Assembly: GCA_023213395.1 (NCBI GenBank)
Contig: CM041465.1
Span: 124,069,741-124,133,740, forward strand
Direction: 5' to 3'
DNA: 64,000 nt
Source: Cycas panzhihuaensis
Taxonomy: Eukaryota; Plantae; Cycadophyta
Under the pieces are notes generated by a model. The model was not told the origin of the DNA and did not search any database. It worked only from the letters and a program-made list of their open reading frames with translations. This document shows positions 1-13,235 of the stretch, piece after piece (position 1 is the first letter of the stretch; every line of letters begins with the position of its first letter). The translations under genes were made by a program, and so were the position numbers.

Positions 1-1574
1 GCAACTGCAACTTTGTACTCTACTTTTATAGAAGATAAGGAGATGGTTGTCAGCTTCTTACTGCATTAAGAAATCACTCTAGAACCAAATGTAAATAGAA
101 ATTTTATATTTAATCTCTAATTGTCAACATCTCCATCCTAATTTAAGTCAATATAGCCATGCACCTAAAACTCATAATCTCTTGAGAATAAGAGTCCAAA
201 TCTAAAAGTACTCTTAACATACCTTAGTATGTACTTTGCTAACTTCTAATGAGAGATGGATAGAACACTCATAAAATGAGCTACAATGCCAATAGTATAA
301 TTAATATCAAGCCTAGAATTGGTGGGGTAAATAAGGATTCTTACTAATTACCTATACAATATACCATCATTAATCATATCATCTTCCTCTTTAGACAGCC
401 TAAGGCTAACTTCCATAGATGTAGCCATTGGCTTATGATCCCCCATATGGAATTATTTTAATAAATTATATGCATACATGGACTATGAAATAAATATACT
501 ATTATCATTCTATTAAAATTCTAAACTAAAGTAGTAATATAGAATGCCAAGATTAGACATCTCAAAGACTTTGGAAAGGTCCTTTTTAAGAGATTCTATC
601 CAAGAGGTATTACTACCAATGAAGATGAGATCATTAACATAGAGAATAAGGACAAGTATCTCATCATCCCTATGTTTGATATATAAGTTGTGATTTGATT
701 CATAATGAGTAAATCCTAAAGTGATGAAGTATTCATCAATGTATACATACCACACCCTCAGTACCTACTTAAGCCCACACATGACTTTCTTCAACCTGCA
801 TACAGGTTGCTCCTAGCCACCCTATATAAAGCCTTCAAACTACTACATATAAACCTGCTCATCAAGAATGCCATAAAGAAATGCACTCTTAATATATATT
901 TGGTGGATTTTCCAACCAAATTTAGATGTAAGAGTAGTCAACACTTAGATGGTGGTCATTTTGACCATAGGTGCAAAGGTCTTCTTAAAGTCTACACCTT
1001 TAGTCTGAGCATAACGCTTATCTATAAGTTAAGCCTTGTATCTGTCGATATCACCATTTGATCGATACTTTACCTTATATACCTATTTATAACCAATCAT
1101 CTTCTTACCAAGTAAAAGCTCGACAAGATCCCAAGTATCATTCTTCAATATGGAGTTATACTTCTCCTATATAACTAGCTACCAATGGGGTATATCCTTA
1201 GCTTCAACAAAATATTCAAGTTCATATGTATTTAGGATATGAGATATCAAGGCAAATTTTACCCCACTATATGTCTATACACTTATATTAGTGTCAATAT
1301 CACTAATCTTAGAATCTTTTATAGTTTGAGTGTACCATTTGAATAACTGATAAGAAGAAGAAGATTCTAATTTCACTCTTCACTTTTATGTTCTTAGTAT
1401 TAACATTTACTATAAGAATGGCATCCTCATCAAACTTAGAAAAGAAAATATCTCTACTAATTATAATCTTCTTCTTCAAGGAATGCTAGAGTCTATATGC
1501 TCTAGATAACTCACTATACCCTACAAGCATGCACTTGTGATTTTTATCATCAAGTTTCTATTACTTTATATTGG

Positions 1575-1605
<31 letters not shown>

Positions 1606-1743
1606 CATATAGTACAACCAAGGACTCAAAGATTACAAATAGAATTTTTTTTCCATATCTAAGCCTCTTTAATAGTCATATTTTGAATAGCTATTATAGG
1701 ATTTCTATTCAAGATATACATTGTTATGTTCACTGCTTCAAAT

Positions 1744-2100
1744 TATTAACATGACAGTTAATTCTTAAGCCACTATGTTAATATTAACATGGTTTAACTA
1801 TGGTGATTAAGTGAAAAGGTGTGACTTATTTGGAGGGTCACAACCCTAATCGGGTGACACCTCTTGGAAGAATATAAATGCCTTGAAGTCTTATGTATTC
1901 AATGTATCAAATCAATTATGTAATAATCAATGTGATCTATCAAGGATCCTTTTATGGTGGGTTTTTTCCTGAAAGGGTTATTCCACGTAAATCGTGTGTA
2001 ATGTGCATCTATTATCTATGTGTATATTTATTTGCTTGTTGTATATGGTTAAAGATTTTACAGTTAGGAATATTTGTATATGATTTTATGTTTCTAAATT
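1744..2100 (+). repeat. 5' LTR of B
   Basis: Direct repeat of 7854-8209; about 12% mismatch by hand count over the first ~150 bp, almost all transitions. Confidence 0.95.
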
Positions 2101-2111
2101 TGGTATCAGAG
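2101..2111 (+). promoter_or_regulatory. PBS of B (tRNA-iMet)
   Basis: TGGTATCAGAG immediately after the 5' LTR. Confidence 0.95.
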
Positions 2112-3782
2112 TTGTAGGGTCTTACACAATTGAAGCTTGACGTTGAGCAGAGTGGTATGATCATTGGTTGTTGGGTGAAGCCGTTAAACCCATGATTTAT
2201 CCTAAGGGTCCAACACCTCTAGCAACGTGCAGAAGTAGGCACAGTGAGTCAGTAGTGGTTGGAGTAGTGAAATTCACTATTCAACAGAACATAAGGGTTA
2301 TTGGAGTTAAATTCAAGTATGAAGACCACGGTTGTGGTTGGAGTTGGCTTGTTGGGAGTCATCTGAAGCCTATTGAAGATTTGTAGTTGTAATTCAAGAC
2401 TATAGAGCATGTCATGATGATGATTCAATGACTATAATGACAACCATCAAAGTGTGCATGTAAGTCTATTATTTACTCATTTAAAACACTATAAAATTTT
2501 AAAAAATGTGTTGTTTCTAGATATACCTATGTCGAGTCTATATAAGGGAGATATTAGAGCCTTCTTGGAATGTTTTCAACCCTCTATATTGAGATTAGAT
2601 TATGTATATAGTAATCTCAAGCATCTTCTGTTGTAATTTTAAGTTGTAGTGTCTCTTTTTTGGGTATGTGACCCCATATCACTACTGTAAACGCATTTTT
2701 GAGCCTATATCTAGGTGTTAAGAGATAGTCAAGCTGATTATGCACTATTTAGGAGATGTGTATACATGATTTAAGCTTATTACAGTTGTACTAAGGCTAG
2801 GTGAGTACATTATAGGGTGTTTGGGCACTTTTCCTCACAATCTGAGCATTGATTGGTGGTAGTGGTAGCTGGGCACTTTTCTCACTATCTAAGTGCCGAT
2901 TAGTGATGTCTGGGCATTTTTCATAATGTATGTGTGTTGATTTGTGATGGTTGGGTGTTGTTCTCATTGATTTGCACTGATATATTGTGGCTAGGTGCAT
3001 TTCCTTATGGTTGGGCATAATTCCTCTTGGTTGGGCACACTTGATTAGTGACTGAGCTTGTTTAGAGGTGGTTGGGTTGTGTTTATCCCCCTTACCAGTT
3101 GTACGTATGTTTGTTGTTCTGCCACAAGGTCGCTGGTCTATGTAGAGATCACAAGTTGAGTAAGACATGCGGCAATCGTATCCCATATCTCCACATGAGC
3201 AACTTTTCATAATGACCATTTGATATATGTTTGCTAAGGTTTAAACTTAGCAACATTTTAAATATTTCTTAATGGCAAATTAAGTCATGTGGGTTAAGTG
3301 AGGAGGTACAACTAATTGAAAAAGGTCGTATTAGTTAGGAATATGCCTTTCTGCATATTCCTCTCAACTGAAAAATATAAAAGGAACCTTTGAATACCAT
3401 TGATATCATTATATTTCATCATAGTGTGAAGTACTTTGTATATATTTGGACTCCTCATTAGTCATTTTTAGCATAGATCGAGGAGGATTATCATATTTTT
3501 GGCTTAGAGACCATGCATCATTACTTATGGAGCCATCCTTTATCTTGGAGCATAGATTTTTAAAGAATCTTAAGTGTCAATTATGATATTTTCAAGGTTA
3601 TTTAAGGTTGTTTATTAATGGTTAGTGAGGTAAAATAGTTAATGACTTACCCTATACGTGTATAGTTGGTGTTTGTTGCCCTCTGGAGCATGCCCTTGAG
3701 CTAGAGAACACATGGGTGTATTTTTATCCTAAAGACATTTATTTTGGTGTTATTTAATTCATGGTGAAGCCCATTTTTTAAG

Positions 3783-6700
3783 ATGGAGTGCACTATGCCT
3801 AAGGTTATCTTTAATGGTAATAATTTCAACAAGTGGAAGGCCAATATGGAGCTCATTCTAATGGTGAATCAACTCTAGGGTATCACTAAGTCTAAGGTGG
3901 ATGCAATTCTATTAGAACATAAAGAGCATGTTTACCACAAAGAGAAGAAATATGTGGCTGTGGCACTATTGAAACTATTATTAGTGCCAGACCAAACAGC
4001 CTTGATTCACAATCTAGATGAACCGGATGAAATATGGACAAAATTATGTGATACTTTTGAGAAGAAGAAGATGAATAGACATCTTACCCTGATGTTAGAG
4101 TTACTCAAATTGCATGTGGAAGATTAGAACAACATCAGGTTCTACCTTAATAAAATAATAGACTTGAAGAATAAGTTAGAAGAACTGAAGCAAAACTTGG
4201 TTGATGATGTGTTGTTATTTACAATTATCATGATGAAGTTGTCAGCTGCGTTCACCACTTTCCAGAATATTTATGGTAGAGATGAAGTGATGGAAGTAGA
4301 GACATTTGATGGGCTTAAAAACTTGATTCTAATGGAGGATTCTAAGGTTAAACATCACAGAATGCTTGGAGGATCTGATCCAAGTCAGGCCCTAACCATG
4401 AAAACTCAAAGGAAGGAGGTTGCTAAGGAAGATAATATCACACAGAGCTCAGGAGAAAGTTCTCAAGATAAGAAAAAATTCAATGGAAAATACAATTAAT
4501 GTAAGAAGGATGGTCACCATGAGAAGAACTATTAGTTTAAGCATTATGACAAGCACAAAGTTAAGCAAGATAATAAAGGGAAGAGTGTTGTTGCTCATTG
4601 CATCAGATCATAGAGCTTATTAGCTAACTTAGATCGAAGAGATTATTAGGTGCTTGACTCTGGAATGTAGAAGCATATCTCTTACCAAAGATGAAACTTT
4701 GATACAATGACTAAAAATTAGAGTGGTGTAGAAATTATCCTTAGAGATGCTCACATCTTACCGGTGGGAGGCATCGACGAAGTATCCATTACAGGAGGTA
4801 AGTTTATCCAAGTATAATATATACCCAAGATGTAGTTAAACCTTCTTTTAACCCAAGAGATCTGTAAACAAGACATGAAGGTGGAGCTCTACGATGATAA
4901 ATACCCGATTAAGGATCCAAAGCATAACTTTGTTGTCATTGCTACTAGGAAAGTCAGGGATAACTTCTAGGTGTTTAAGAAATTTCAATCTCAGAAGAAG
5001 TCTTATGCCTTTGTTGCCAACACGAATGAAGTGAGTAAACTGTGGCACAATCGCCTTAGACATCTTAATTATAGATGCATTGCACTACTAAAGAGGTTGA
5101 AGATGGTGGAAGGATTGCCAATAATTTCCTGCTCAAATGGTGTTTACGAAGGGTGTATGTATAGCGAGCATCACCAATATCCTTTTGTTTAGTATAATGC
5201 CTCAAGAGCCAAGAAGAAGTTGGAGCTTGTATATTCAGAAATAATGGGCCCTCTTCCTAACCCTTCAATATCTATAGCTCGATATACCCTTGTGTTTATG
5301 GATGATTACACTAGGAAGCCCTATGTCTACTTTCTAAAAACTAAGTCAGATGTGTTTGATCACTTCCGTGACTGGAAAGCGATGGTAGAAAATGAATGTG
5401 ATAAAGAAGATAAAGTCTTTAAGAAGTGATAATAGCAAGGAATATAACAACCATGCGTTCAATTAGTTCTGCCATGATCATGGTATAAAGTAGGAATTTA
5501 TGATCATGAATACCCCACAATAGAATAGAGTTACTAAAAGGAAGAATCATACCATGATGGAGATGGCGAGGTGTATGATACATGCTAAAAACTTGCCACT
5601 AAAGTTTTGGGCAGAAGCTATGGCGACTGCTGTTTATATTTTGAACTGGGTACCTAATCAAGTAGTTTACAGGGTGACCCATAAAGAGAAATGGACCAAT
5701 TAAAAGCCTGCCATTATCCATTTAAGAACCTTTGGGTGTATTGCATACTCTCACATCCCAAATTATATCCATAAGAAGCTAGATCAAAAGAGTCTGAAGT
5801 GCATATTTATGGGATATTGCACTAAAAATAAAGTCTACAGACTATGGGATCCATAGGGGAAGAAAATTGTGGTTAGTTGGGATGTAAAATTTGATGAGTC
5901 ATCAACATATCATGCTGACAGATCATCAGAGGAGCCTGTTTACCCCCCCCCCCCCCCCCTCTCCCATTCCCAAATTCATCAAACAAAGAGGACAATGAGC
6001 CAGTTGTTGGAACACATAAGAAAGCGGGACCAAGTGGGACAAGTAATAGTGAGAAGTTACCACAAGATAAAGTACCTTCAACAATAGGTCCTTCAATACC
6101 TTTATGGGCAAGGAAGACTCTAAAAGATTCTAGTGTAGTGATGCATACCTTCAATGATGATCAAAGAACAAGAAGTTAGCATGCCAGTTGAACTCTACTG
6201 GTAGATACCAACAACTCTAGTGATTATGATTCGCTCGATAAATGAAAGGAGATCTATGATAGAGAGACACAGTGGAGGAGGAGTATAGTTCTCTGATGAA
6301 GAATAATATGTGGGATTTGGTTCCACTCCCTCCAATGAAGAATCTTGTTAGATGCAAGTGGGTCTATAAGATAAAGTTTTACTCTGATTGGGAGGTGGAC
6401 AAGTATAAGGCTAGACTTATTGTACAGGGATTCAATCAAAAATAAGGAATTGACTACGAGGAAACATTTGCACTTATTTCCAAAATAACAACAGTCTAAT
6501 TTCTCATTTCCTTAGTAGTTACTTACAGTTAGGAGTTACACCAGATGGACGTGAAATCTACATTCCTTAATGGAGATCTAAAGGAGAAGATATATATGTT
6601 ATGACCTCTAGGATTCATTAAGGATGGCTGGGAGCACCTTGTTTGTTATTTGAAGAAGTCAATCTATAGCCTAGAATAATCACCTTATGCTTGGTATGAA

Positions 6701-7740
6701 AAGATGGATGCTAAGTTGAAAGATGAAGGTTTCAAGATTTCAGAACTCAACCCAAACCTGTATGTAAAAGGAAGAGGGACTTTAATTGTTACTTGCATGG
6801 TGTATGTAGATGATTTGATCATTGGTGATAACTATGGCAAAGCTATTGCTAAGTCAAATCTAATCTGGGAGCTCCGTTTGACATGATAGACCTCAAGAGA
6901 CTTCATTACTTCTTGGGAATTTTGATCAGGCAAATGGATGATAGGATTGTATTGTTGCAGTCTTAGTATATGAAAAACTTGCTGAAAAAATTTAGAATGC
7001 AGAATTCCAAAGTAGTTACAATACCATGTGTAAAAGGTGTAAAGTCACAGAAGGATATAGTTAAACCTTTTATATATGATACAAAATATCACCAGATGGT
7101 ACGGAGTCTAATCTATTTAACTCATAGAAGGCTAGATATCACATACGCTATTGGATTGGTTTCTCGCTACATGTAGAATCCTTAGGAGCCTCATTTGGTT
7201 GCAACGAAGTAGATTCTAAAGTATTTGAAAGGAACAATCAATCTTGGTCTCGAATACCATCAAGGTAAAGAGATAAGATTGTATGGCTACACAGATGTTG
7301 ATTGGGGAGGAGACTCTGATGATCAGAAGTCCACTACTAGGTATCTATTTGGTGTTACCAATGGATTTGTTTCGTGACAATCAAAGAAGTAACAGATAAT
7401 AGCGTTATATTCTACAGAGGTAAAATATCAATAACTCAGTGCTGGTGTAAAGGAAGCTATACGATTGTAAGGTCTCTTGGAGTTTCTTATAGTTTCCAAT
7501 GGATACCCAATTATCTTTGTTAATAATTAGAGTACCATTCACCTGTTGAAGAATCCAAAGTTTTATGCATGTACAAAGCATATCGAGATCCAACACTATT
7601 ATATTTATGAATAGATCAAATCAGGGTGGCTGTAGGTCAACTATTATCTAAGTGAATTCTAGCTTATGGACATGTTCACCAAACCTCTTAGTAAAGATCA
7701 ATTCACAAAGATGCATACCAGACATAGACTCACCAATGTT
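3783..7740 (+). pseudogene. Copia gag-pol of B with many stops and frameshifts
   Basis: Gag N-terminus FNGNNFNKWK; protease VLDSG (~4650); LWHNRLRHLN (pre-integrase); INT YTLVFMDDYTR; RT MDVKS and YVDDL; RNaseH YTDVDWGGD and KHIEI. Confidence 0.93.
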
Positions 7741-7853
7741 ATCCTTTAGGGGGGATGTAGTGATAAGGATAAAAAAGTTGTAAGATAGTCCCAGCTTTCG
7801 TGATAACATAACTATTACTATTAGTAGGCTCCCTACATTCACATTAGAGGGGG

Positions 7854-8209
7854 AATTAACATGGCAGTTAATTATTAAGCCACTATGTTAATGTTAATAT
7901 GGTTTAGCTATGGTGATTAAACGAAAAGGTATGACTTATTTGGAAGGTCACAACCCTAATCAGATGACGCCTCTTAGAAAAATATAAATGCCTTAAGGCC
8001 TTGTGTATTCAATGTATCAAATCAATTGTGCAATAATCAATGTGATCCATCAAGGATCTTTTTTGGTGGGTTTTTTTCTGAAAGGGTTTTTTCACATAAA
8101 TGATATATATTGTACATCTATTTTCTGTGTGTATATTTGTTTGCTCGTTGTGTATGATTAAAGATCCTGCGGTTGGAAATATTTGTGTATGATTTTATGT
8201 TCCTTAACA
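7854..8209 (+). repeat. 3' LTR of B, preceded by PPT AGAGGGGG
   Basis: Copy of 1744-2100 ending TTAACA. Confidence 0.95.
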
Positions 8210-9017
8210 CAAACCTTGAGCCATTAGGTACATTTTTTATCTTAAGTATATATCTCACCATTTTAGCAATGGTATAATTCTTACTTTTAGCTATATTATT
8301 TTGTTGTGACATATAAGATGTTGTTACTTGTTGTTTGATGCCATGGTTCTTACAAGAAGTAAACTCAGTAGATAGGTATTCGCCTCTATTATCACTCATC
8401 AAAATTTTGATCATCTTTTCAAAAAAGTTTTCTATCTTAGATTTGAACTTAAACTTTTTAAATGCTTTAAACTTATTTTTTAGAAGATAAATCCATGTCT
8501 TCTTAGTTAAGTCATTGATGAAGGTCATAAAGTATCTCACTTCTCTAAATGAAACTAGTATGATTGGTCTATATAGATTTGAGTATACCAAATCCAACAT
8601 AACAACATCAAGCTCTACTTTTAAATTTAGTTTAATTATACAACTTATAGAGAGTAAGTTATATTTGAAAGATGATATATACAACACATCAAAGATGTTG
8701 ATCTTATTACCAGATTTATTAAAAATAATTGTAAAATGGCTATTGATAACTCTATCTTCATCCATTTATAAAGACTTAAGGAGATTAAAGATTAATTAAT
8801 ACCTATTAATAAGAAAGCTAAGGACAAAGAAGTTCTGAGCATCATATTGAATAGCCTCCATGAAGGCTATCATATTTTTGTCACCAAATTGTGCCCAACA
8901 AAGAGATCATAACTTTTGACTTTTAAAAAATAAGTTAAACTTCTCTTATACAAAGGATAATACATGGGAAGATATATGAGTAACAGTAGTAGAATGGTAT
9001 TGACTTCTCAATTAAAA

Positions 9018-9057
<40 letters not shown>

Positions 9058-10545
9058 GAATTCTCCTAAATAAGCTCAATCTTTGTATCCTAGCATAAGT
9101 GAATCCAAAGGGAAAAAAGATGTCATGTATACCTACTACAAAAAGACTAGTCATTTTGAAAGAACTATTGGAGGAAATAGTGGGGTAAAAAGAAGAAACT
9201 TATTAGTAAAACCACAACTCTATCTATTAATGATGAAAAGATCTTTATGTTTAATGTTATTTCTCACACTTTAAGAACCTAATAATCAATTACTTATTAA
9301 TCATTATTATTTGTCTTTATGTTTGATAATCAATTATTTTTCATACAAATCTTTTAGTGTTTTTCATGCTTTCGTAGATGTTGTCTTACCTTGTAGATGT
9401 GTGATAAGTTCATCTATAATTGATAAACCAATAATCATGAGTGCCTCTCTATCTCCATCCTCCTAGTTTTTACCATCTTTGGCTATTACTACTAAAGCAA
9501 AGGTTGAACTAGTAGATATTCTAGCAGTTGTTGCAACTTGAGAGGTTACTTGAAATGCCTTGAATTCCTTACCTTTAAATATTTTCATTAATATTTTTAA
9601 AGATAAGATATTAGATATTTTAAACTTCCATATTATATAATTTTTGCTATTTAGTTTTTATAACTCTAAAAGAATGTAATCAGCCATGTTTACACTGGAT
9701 ATTATGATAAAAATTATAATAAAATAGTGACTATAAGTATGAGTTTATAAGAATGCCCAGGGGCTCCAAGGTCTATTTATAAATTTGAGCTCAAAATATT
9801 ATTCTAATAATTTATATTTTTGAAAATGAAGGTCTAACAAAAAAATTACGATAATTAACGCTTTCAAGCATTAAAGCCCCCTTTACCATGTGACCATGGA
9901 CTAAAAGATAAAGGTGTAGACCCCAAATTACATCAAATACGATTAAATTTCACTAACCAAATATTTAAAATATTATAAAATTGATAATAATAATTTATAT
10001 TTGACCATTAAAAATTTGATATACCATCACCATCTAAAATCATGTGCATGCTACTGTGGGAGAATGTGGGCTTCCTAGAGCTATTTTTTTATGAAATTCA
10101 ATAAACGAATAGTTAAAATTATGGATCTTTACTACAATCTATATATTTACAACCTTAGCTGGGAGGAAAATTGATCATAGGTTATGAAAAATCAAGTTAA
10201 AATGAGGTTTGTAAACCCTCCAAGTTCTTATGCCTTTTAAGAATTAAGGTAAAATAAGGGTAAAAAAAACTCATCTTTGAAGTAGTGATCACTGTAAAAT
10301 TGACCTTTAACAAGTCTAGAACAAACTCACAGCATTAAAAATTATAAAAACTCTAAATTTTAAATAACTGCTTAACTCAAGTTTTTCTAACCATAAAAAA
10401 TGTCTCATTTTTCTATTTAAAATCCTCATGGGTTTACGTAAGATGTACAAAAACTTACAAGAACCATTGTACAGTAGTAATAATACCCTAAAGATCTAAT
10501 TTGTAATAAAAAAACTAAGAAAAAACTCATAAAATAAATAGTGGG

Positions 10546-10556
10546 CTCTAATACCA
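10546..10556 (-). promoter_or_regulatory. Primer-binding site of element A (tRNA-iMet type)
   Basis: Reverse complement reads TGGTATTAGAG (1 mismatch to TGGTATCAGAG), directly next to the LTR end. Confidence 0.8.
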
Positions 10557-10919
10557 TGTCAAAGAAATTGAGAATGAGACTAAATTAAAACTTCAAAAGT
10601 GAGTAAGAAAGTTAAGAGATTATAGAAGTGATAACAATGAAAATTTATTTATTTTAAATCACTTGTAATGCATACTTATATCCACTCCAATGTACTAACC
10701 CTCAAAATTATTGGTTTATAAACCATTATTGAGATAATGATTCACTCCTCAATTTAAGGAGTACGTAAAAAAGTTGAGGAAATTACATGAGAGCAACTAA
10801 ATTCTCATTAACTAACCCACTAACATAAAGTGCATATTATTAATATTATTAAGTGTACATAATAAAATACATAATAATATAATGAAATGTACATTTTTTT
10901 AAAACATATTAAAGGGTAT
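10557..10919 (-). repeat. 5' LTR of element A (right boundary approximate, probably cut by the next LTR)
   Basis: Starts with TG right after the PBS; AAAGTGCA/AAGTGTACA motifs resemble the H/I LTR tails. Confidence 0.6.
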
Positions 10920-11309
10920 TGTTGAAATAGGATTTAGATATAAGTGTTCGTAATTGAGATGATATCATGTAATAAAAGAGTTTGTTAGATATGGTATTGG
11001 AGTGATACCACATCTTGAGAGATGAAAATGTAAGGCATAAGGATGGACACTGAAAATGAACACTACTTGTTGTATTACAATATAAAATATGTATACATAT
11101 ATAGGTTACTCACATGTGTGTGAGATCTCTCAAGATCAACAATGGTATACTCTTGGTAGATTGGCACACAAATCAAGATGCCACTTGCACGTATGTTAAA
11201 GTGAGTACAATATTATAATCAAAATAATCTTGAAAGTTACAAGAGCATAAAGGGGAGATCTAGATAATAACTAATGAATTAAATATTAGTTTAAATATTA
11301 TACCTAACA
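10920..11309 (-). repeat. 3' LTR of another minus-strand element, with adjacent PPT; internal part decayed
   Basis: TGTTG…CTAACA termini, followed by TTTCTCCCCCTTAA (PPT TTAAGGGGGAGAAA on the minus strand). Confidence 0.6.
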
Positions 11310-13235
11310 TTTCTCCCCCTTAATATTTAATTCATAGTTTTCATATCTGTTATCTTTATTGTTTCATTTTCTTACTATTGCAGTTGCTTCAAGTTGTATC
11401 AAATCTTTATCAAATTGTTGATGTCCATATGAATATGACTCCATCCATTGGATTACATGGGTAACTAGCCATTATGACTACCAATTCTATAGGTAATCAC
11501 TTTGGTTACATGGTTCAATCTACTCCTTTATTAGCATTGATCTGGAAATACGTTGTTCTATATGGCATGTTGAGTGTATTAAAAATATGTAAGAGTAACT
11601 AAAAAATGTGTTCTACCTCTTACTAAATAGGACTACAAGGTATCTTTCTTCAACATCTAATAGTTAAAAATATAATGGTAGGTACTATGACCTCAAATTT
11701 GCCACTATAAGCTCTAAATCATGCCTTAATGAGTTATAATTATATTATTATGGGCTTCCATATGCCACTATAGGCTTATAATGACCTCCATGGGCTTATA
11801 AATCATGACCCTAACACATAAAAGAGCTTAGTGGCTAAATAAGAGCATAAGCATGGGGATATCATTAATTCCTCAAAGGCTACAAGGCCAACATTACATA
11901 ATAATTTTAATGTAACATAAATTATATATAGTGGAATTTTATAAAAAACATACACATATACATCGTGCTCATGTAACTTAAGTGGGCCTCACACTAAAAA
12001 GTGATTAAACTAAGATATTTACCTCTTTTGGTTACTACTTATAGTTAATCGTCACTTGTTGTTGTTGAGAAAAGACTCCCACTTAATGCCAAACTCTTTA
12101 AATTTGTCACAAATCTTTGGCTTTTAACACTTAACCAACATGTGCAATGCCTTCTCTAAGGTCTTACATGTTAAATCAACAATTACATCATCATTGGTCA
12201 CCTTGCAATGTACCCAAAAATTACTAAACTTAATTATTTTAGGCTTAAATTTTAAATTGGCTTGTGTGATACAATGTTAAACTTTAGTCATCATATAAGA
12301 TACTGACATTAAATGATTAAACATGGCCTTTAAAGCCTTATTTAGCATCAATTTAAATATTTATTGAGTATATAAAATTTTTAACTCAACTTTAGAATTT
12401 ATTTTCACTTATAAGATAAACTCAAATAGTGTTAAATAAGTAGTTATTTTGAAGAGGGGTAAAATAAGATTCTAGTGCAATTGACAGAATCAAAATCAGA
12501 ATCTATAGGAAGAAGATATGATGGAAACAATATAGACAATTACTTAAAAAATAAAAAATACCTTTAAAAAGATGCTTAACCCCTTTAACATTAGCCCCCT
12601 AGTCATGGTCATCTCTAGATAACCACTTATTAGTAAATAAGAGGCTAACAAAACTCAAGAAAATGGTCAATATGACTAAAATTTTCAAAATACTTTGAAA
12701 TTTTTTTAAATATAGAGTCCACATATCATCAAAAATATTTTAATTTTAATTTTTTGAATGCCGAAAGACAAACCCTAAGCAAAAGTGTTCACCATTTTTC
12801 ATCTACTTACTTCCTTACATGGTGATTTGTAGGGGTTTCCACAGTTGTTTCATCTTTGCTCTTAATCTTTCCTACTTTTGACAAGGCTAAAAGTAATTGT
12901 GCCTCTATCTTAGGGGAAAAATATAGCAAAGAGACAAATCTCAAGTTGACTTGGCTTAATGAGCCATAATCAATGGATGAATACTATTCCCTCGAGCCAA
13001 TAGTAGACTTGTGGGCATCGCGAATGGCTAACAAGATCTTTCTCCCATGCAGATCGCATGTCTGCTTGTATGCATCATGACATAGAAGCTCTTGTGTGGT
13101 TTACTCAGAAATTATCTCCCCTAAAGTAAGAATTGACCACCCTGCCTCACTAAACATTTCTTTATTATCTTCCTTTTCCTGACCAACTCGATCTCAGATT
13201 CTAAGAAACATTGATCCACCAGTACGTTCATGGCT

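Larger units (their letters stand above)
1744..8209 (+). mobile_element. Full-length but decayed Ty1/copia element B nested in the integrase of A
   Basis: Paired ~357-bp LTRs; TSD CAAAT (1739-1743) / CAAAC (8210-8214); PBS; PPT; domain order gag-PR-INT-RT-RH. Confidence 0.95.
1..10919 (-). mobile_element. Ty1/copia LTR retrotransposon A, decayed; interrupted by element B (1744-8209); 3' end runs off the left edge of the window
   Basis: Minus-strand RT remnant (ORF 513-755, LILYVNDLIF = YVDD motif) and RNaseH remnant near 1-250. Integrase is split by B (…VPNGSRF|EAVNITMYILNR) and continues in ORF 8118-8765 (SDNRGEY, SQQNNIAK). Gag at 9290-9630; PBS and LTR at right. Confidence 0.85.
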
